Shown here piece after piece: positions 61,404 through 64,000 of a DNA stretch of 64,000 nucleotides (positions within the stretch are counted from its first letter, which is position 1; each line of letters begins with the position of its first letter). The stretch is from NCBI GenBank assembly GCA_963716175.1, contig OY970296.1, forward strand, positions 2,624,001-2,688,000, given 5' to 3'. Both the position numbers and the translations under genes were made by a program. The notes beneath the pieces were generated by a model. It was not told where the DNA came from. It did not search any database and worked only from the letters and a program-made list of their open reading frames with translations. Origin of the DNA: an uncultured Armatimonadetes bacterium (GTDB lineage Bacteria; Armatimonadota; Hebobacteria; Hebobacterales; Hebobacteraceae).

Positions 61404-62560
61404 GCCTCTTCTCTCCGGCGCATGCTCTCGGTCAGGATCTGAGCCACCTCGGCCCGGGTGAACTGGGCCGGGGGCAGCTCTCCCGCGGCCAGCATCTGGC
61501 GCACCCTGGTGCCGCTGAGCGTGACATGGTCATCGGGGCCGTGCGGGCAGGTCTTGGTGGTCGCCATATTCTCGCACCGCCGGCAATAGAAGGCGTGATC
61601 GAAGAATAGCGGCGTGATCGCGATCTCGTCGGGCTCGAACTCGCCGAAGATGGCGTGAGCGTCGAAGGGCCCGTAGTAGTTCCCCACGCCGGCGTGATCG
61701 CGACCCACGATGAAGTGGGTGCAGCCATAGTTCTTGCGGATGAGAGCGTGGAAGATGGCCTCCCGGGGCCCCGCGTAGCGCATCGCCGCGGGGAACACGG
61801 AGAGCACCACGCGGTCGCGCGGATAGTAGTGCTCGATGAGGGCTTCATAGCAGCGCATCCGCACCTCGGCCGGAGTGTCATCGGCCTTGGTCTCTCCCAC
61901 CAGGGGGTGAATCAGCAGGCCGTCGGCCAGCTCCAGCGCACACTTCTGGAGATATTCGTGGGCGCGATGGATCGGGTTCCGGGTCTGAAAGGCGGCAATC
62001 CGCTGCCATCCCTTGGCGACGAAGAGCACGCGCGTCTCCTTGGGCTGCAGGCGGTAGCGAAGGAAATCCCGGTGTTCCGGCGCGCGAATCAGGTGAATGC
62101 GGCCACCCAGGTAGACGGGCGATATGGAGTTCAGGTACTGCACCCCGGGGTGCGCCCCATCGGTGGTGCGCAACACCAGCTGGGCCTCATGGTCGTGGTC
62201 CACCCGGTAGCGGTCCGCCACCTCCATCACCGCCAGGGCGCGGCCTCCCTCATCCACCAGCGCGGCCTGGCTCCCGGGCTTCAGCTCCTCGTGCTCGGCC
62301 TGCTTCGCCGAAAGCACCACCGGGATGCTCCACACCAGGCCGCCGGCGAGGCGCATGGACTCCACCACACTGTGGTAGTCGGCGCTGGTCATGAATCCTT
62401 CGAGCGGGCTCATGGCCCCATAGGCGATCATCTCAACATCCGCCAGCTCCCGCTCGTTCAGAGCGATCTTCGGCAGATGCTCGGCCGCCTGCGCCAGCCG
62501 CTCCCGCTCTCCGCCCGAGGCGGTGCGGTCAACCAGCTTGCCACCATGTGGGCTGATCAT
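61400..62560 (-). CDS. sat: Sulfate adenylyltransferase (ATP sulfurylase)
   Basis: PHGGKL, SPLEGFM, AFQTRNPIHRAHEY, MRYAGPREA, HFIVGRDHAGVG, SGT. Confidence 0.96.
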   Translation of the reverse strand: MISPHGGKLVDRTASGGERERLAQAAEHLPKIALNERELADVEMIAYGAMSPLEGFMTSADYHSVVESMRLAGGLVWSIPVVLSAKQAEHEELKPGSQAALVDEGGRALAVMEVADRYRVDHDHEAQLVLRTTDGAHPGVQYLNSISPVYLGGRIHLIRAPEHRDFLRYRLQPKETRVLFVAKGWQRIAAFQTRNPIHRAHEYLQKCALELADGLLIHPLVGETKADDTPAEVRMRCYEALIEHYYPRDRVVLSVFPAAMRYAGPREAIFHALIRKNYGCTHFIVGRDHAGVGNYYGPFDAHAIFGEFEPDEIAITPLFFDHAFYCRRCENMATTKTCPHGPDDHVTLSGTRVRQMLAAGELPPAQFTRAEVAQILTESMRRREEA

Positions 62561-62596
62561 GCTATCGCGAGTCCATTCCGGCAACCATAGGGTTGA

Positions 62597-62727
62597 CTAG
62601 AGCGCATTTCATAGCCTACCTGCTGGCTGGCCGCACCACGCCCTCGCACGAAATGCGCCTGCCACTGCCTGACGTTGTGCAGTGCTGCTTCATAACCTCC
62701 CCTGGGAAGGTTATGAAACAGCTTCTA
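62597..62727. mobile_element. 131 bp MITE-like element, copy 2 (inverted relative to copy 1)
   Basis: Reverse complement of 3752-3882 with a few substitutions. Confidence 0.8.
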
Positions 62728-62775
62728 ACTGAGAGTCATAGTTTAGCCCACGGCGGGGCAACGTCCTGCCGGCCC

Positions 62776-63597
62776 CTACACCTGCACCCGCAGTGGGCCT
62801 TTGAGGGCATAGCCGAAGATTAGCGACAACACCAGCCAGGGCCAGATCCAGTGCATCCGCCAGCCGCGCAAGCGCAGCCAGGCGTCCGGGTATGAGACTT
62901 CAACCCAGGCTGCGGGCCCAGCCGCGGCCAGGGGAGGCTCCCCCGGGTTGAGAAGCTGCGGCCAGACCCCATCGTCCACGCGCCGCGGTGCCACCCGGGT
63001 CATGTGGTCGCCCACCACGATCTCTTTGGTGAACTCCACTCCCTGCACGGCGAAGCGCAGCTCGTGTCTGCCGGGAGCAACCGCTCGCACCCGCCAGTCC
63101 ACCTCGCCCAAGGCCGGCATGCGCAGCGCCGGCGTCTCTACCCTGATACCCGGTGGTGCGGAGATGGTCACGTCGTCCACCGGCCCCGCCTCCGGACGGA
63201 TCTCCGCCGCCACTATCGCTTGCTCGCCCACGCGCAGGGGCCGATGCCCATAGCGCAGATCGGCCTGGAGAAGGAAGATCCCGACCGGAAGGATCATGCA
63301 GGCCAGCGGCACCAGGGCATAGCCGAGATAGCGCAGATCATCCACGAATACGCCGGCCTGGGAGCGCAGCACCACGGACAGCTCATCGCGGTAGAGCCAG
63401 ACTGCCAGCAGATGGGCGATGATCCGGTCCTTCGCGGCACGGATGCCGCGCTGGTTGGAGGTGTAGCGAAAGATCAGCAGCAGGACCAGGCCGGAAAGCA
63501 GCGAGATCGCCACGATCCCGAGCCAGGGGTTGGCTCGGGCGAAAGGCGCGAAGAACAGGTCGAACCCGCGTGTGATCGCGGCGTTGATCATCGCCAT
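62776..63597 (-). CDS. Membrane protein, DUF106/EMC3-like topology with inserted beta domain
   Basis: Amphipathic N-helix, TM1, helical hairpin, TM2, Ig-like insert, then terminal TM WIWPWLVLSLIFGYALK. Confidence 0.55.
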   Translation of the reverse strand: MAMINAAITRGFDLFFAPFARANPWLGIVAISLLSGLVLLLIFRYTSNQRGIRAAKDRIIAHLLAVWLYRDELSVVLRSQAGVFVDDLRYLGYALVPLACMILPVGIFLLQADLRYGHRPLRVGEQAIVAAEIRPEAGPVDDVTISAPPGIRVETPALRMPALGEVDWRVRAVAPGRHELRFAVQGVEFTKEIVVGDHMTRVAPRRVDDGVWPQLLNPGEPPLAAAGPAAWVEVSYPDAWLRLRGWRMHWIWPWLVLSLIFGYALKGPLRVQV

Positions 63598-63602
63598 ATG
63601 AT

Positions 63603-63682
63603 GTAGGGCAGGAGCGGAAGCGGCTAGGCCTGCTTCGCAGGCCGCCGCCCCGGCTGCCTCAGGCAGCCTAGGGGCTCCTGCC
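63603..63682. repeat. Nested REP-like hairpin
   Basis: GTAGGGCAGGAGC...CCTAGGGGCTCCTGCC, with the same outer stem as the hairpin at 25470-25522. Confidence 0.7.
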
Positions 63683-63696
63683 TCCTCCGTCGAAGT

Positions 63697-63888
63697 TCAG
63701 TCCAGATAGCCCAGACCCTGCAGGCGCTTCCTGATCTCCTCCTCCGTCTCGGCCTGCTCCAGCACGGCCGCCGCCTTCTCCAGAGCGTGGCGGATGAACT
63801 CCTCGGTGGAGGAATACCCGGCGGCCTCGGCGCAGCGCGCCAGCCGCTGGTAGAGGTCCCGGTCGAGCTTGATCTTGGGGCCGAACAT
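63697..63888 (-). CDS. 63 aa protein, ribbon-helix-helix-like N-terminus plus LGY tail
   Basis: KIKLDRDLYQRL...GYSSTEEFIRHAL then ETEEEIRKRLQGLGYLD. GAGGA RBS. Confidence 0.75.
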   Translation of the reverse strand: MFGPKIKLDRDLYQRLARCAEAAGYSSTEEFIRHALEKAAAVLEQAETEEEIRKRLQGLGYLD

Positions 63889-63898
63889 GATCTCATCC

Positions 63899-64000
63899 TC
63901 ACCAGATAGGTTTCCCGGACATGCCCTCCGCGACCGGGAGGCCGAATTCCGCCAGCAGGCTGGCGGTCACATCCGGCAGACCCGGGCTGAGCGCGCGGAT
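63899..64000 (-). CDS. C-terminus of a probable alkaline phosphatase superfamily protein (continues beyond window)
   Basis: IRALSPGLPDVTASLLAEFGLPVAEGMSGKPIW parallels [25 protein letters not shown] of 60024-61403. Confidence 0.6.
   Translation of the reverse strand: MRALSPGLPDVTASLLAEFGLPVAEGMSGKPIW

Overview
High-GC bacterial chromosomal window. Gene content (T-box leader, DUF6785-like membrane protein, copper-amine-oxidase stalk protein, ligase-TPR fusion) suggests a Terrabacteria lineage such as Armatimonadota, which is inference only. From left to right: a Wzx/Wzy-type polysaccharide operon (1-14.8 kb); sugar-metabolism and membrane genes; a three-gene island encoding two paralogous winged-helix-like proteins and a HEPN-like protein, bounded by REP-like hairpins and a 0.6 kb hairpin array (23.1-25.9 kb); infA and tRNA-Arg(GCG); ROK kinase, ftsH, T-box plus valS, a split transketolase, a large propeller/heparinase-like secreted protein and a hybrid kinase with a diguanylate cyclase. 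The right end holds the best candidate for an undescribed system: a minus-strand cluster with sat, cysC, at least three Ser/Thr-type alkaline-phosphatase-superfamily enzymes, a DUF106/EMC3-like membrane protein and two proteins sharing an EEEI-x-x-RL-x-x-LGY C-terminal tail. A 131 bp MITE occurs twice. Four genes carry single frameshifts that look like assembly errors. All family calls come from motif recognition by eye, with no database searches.
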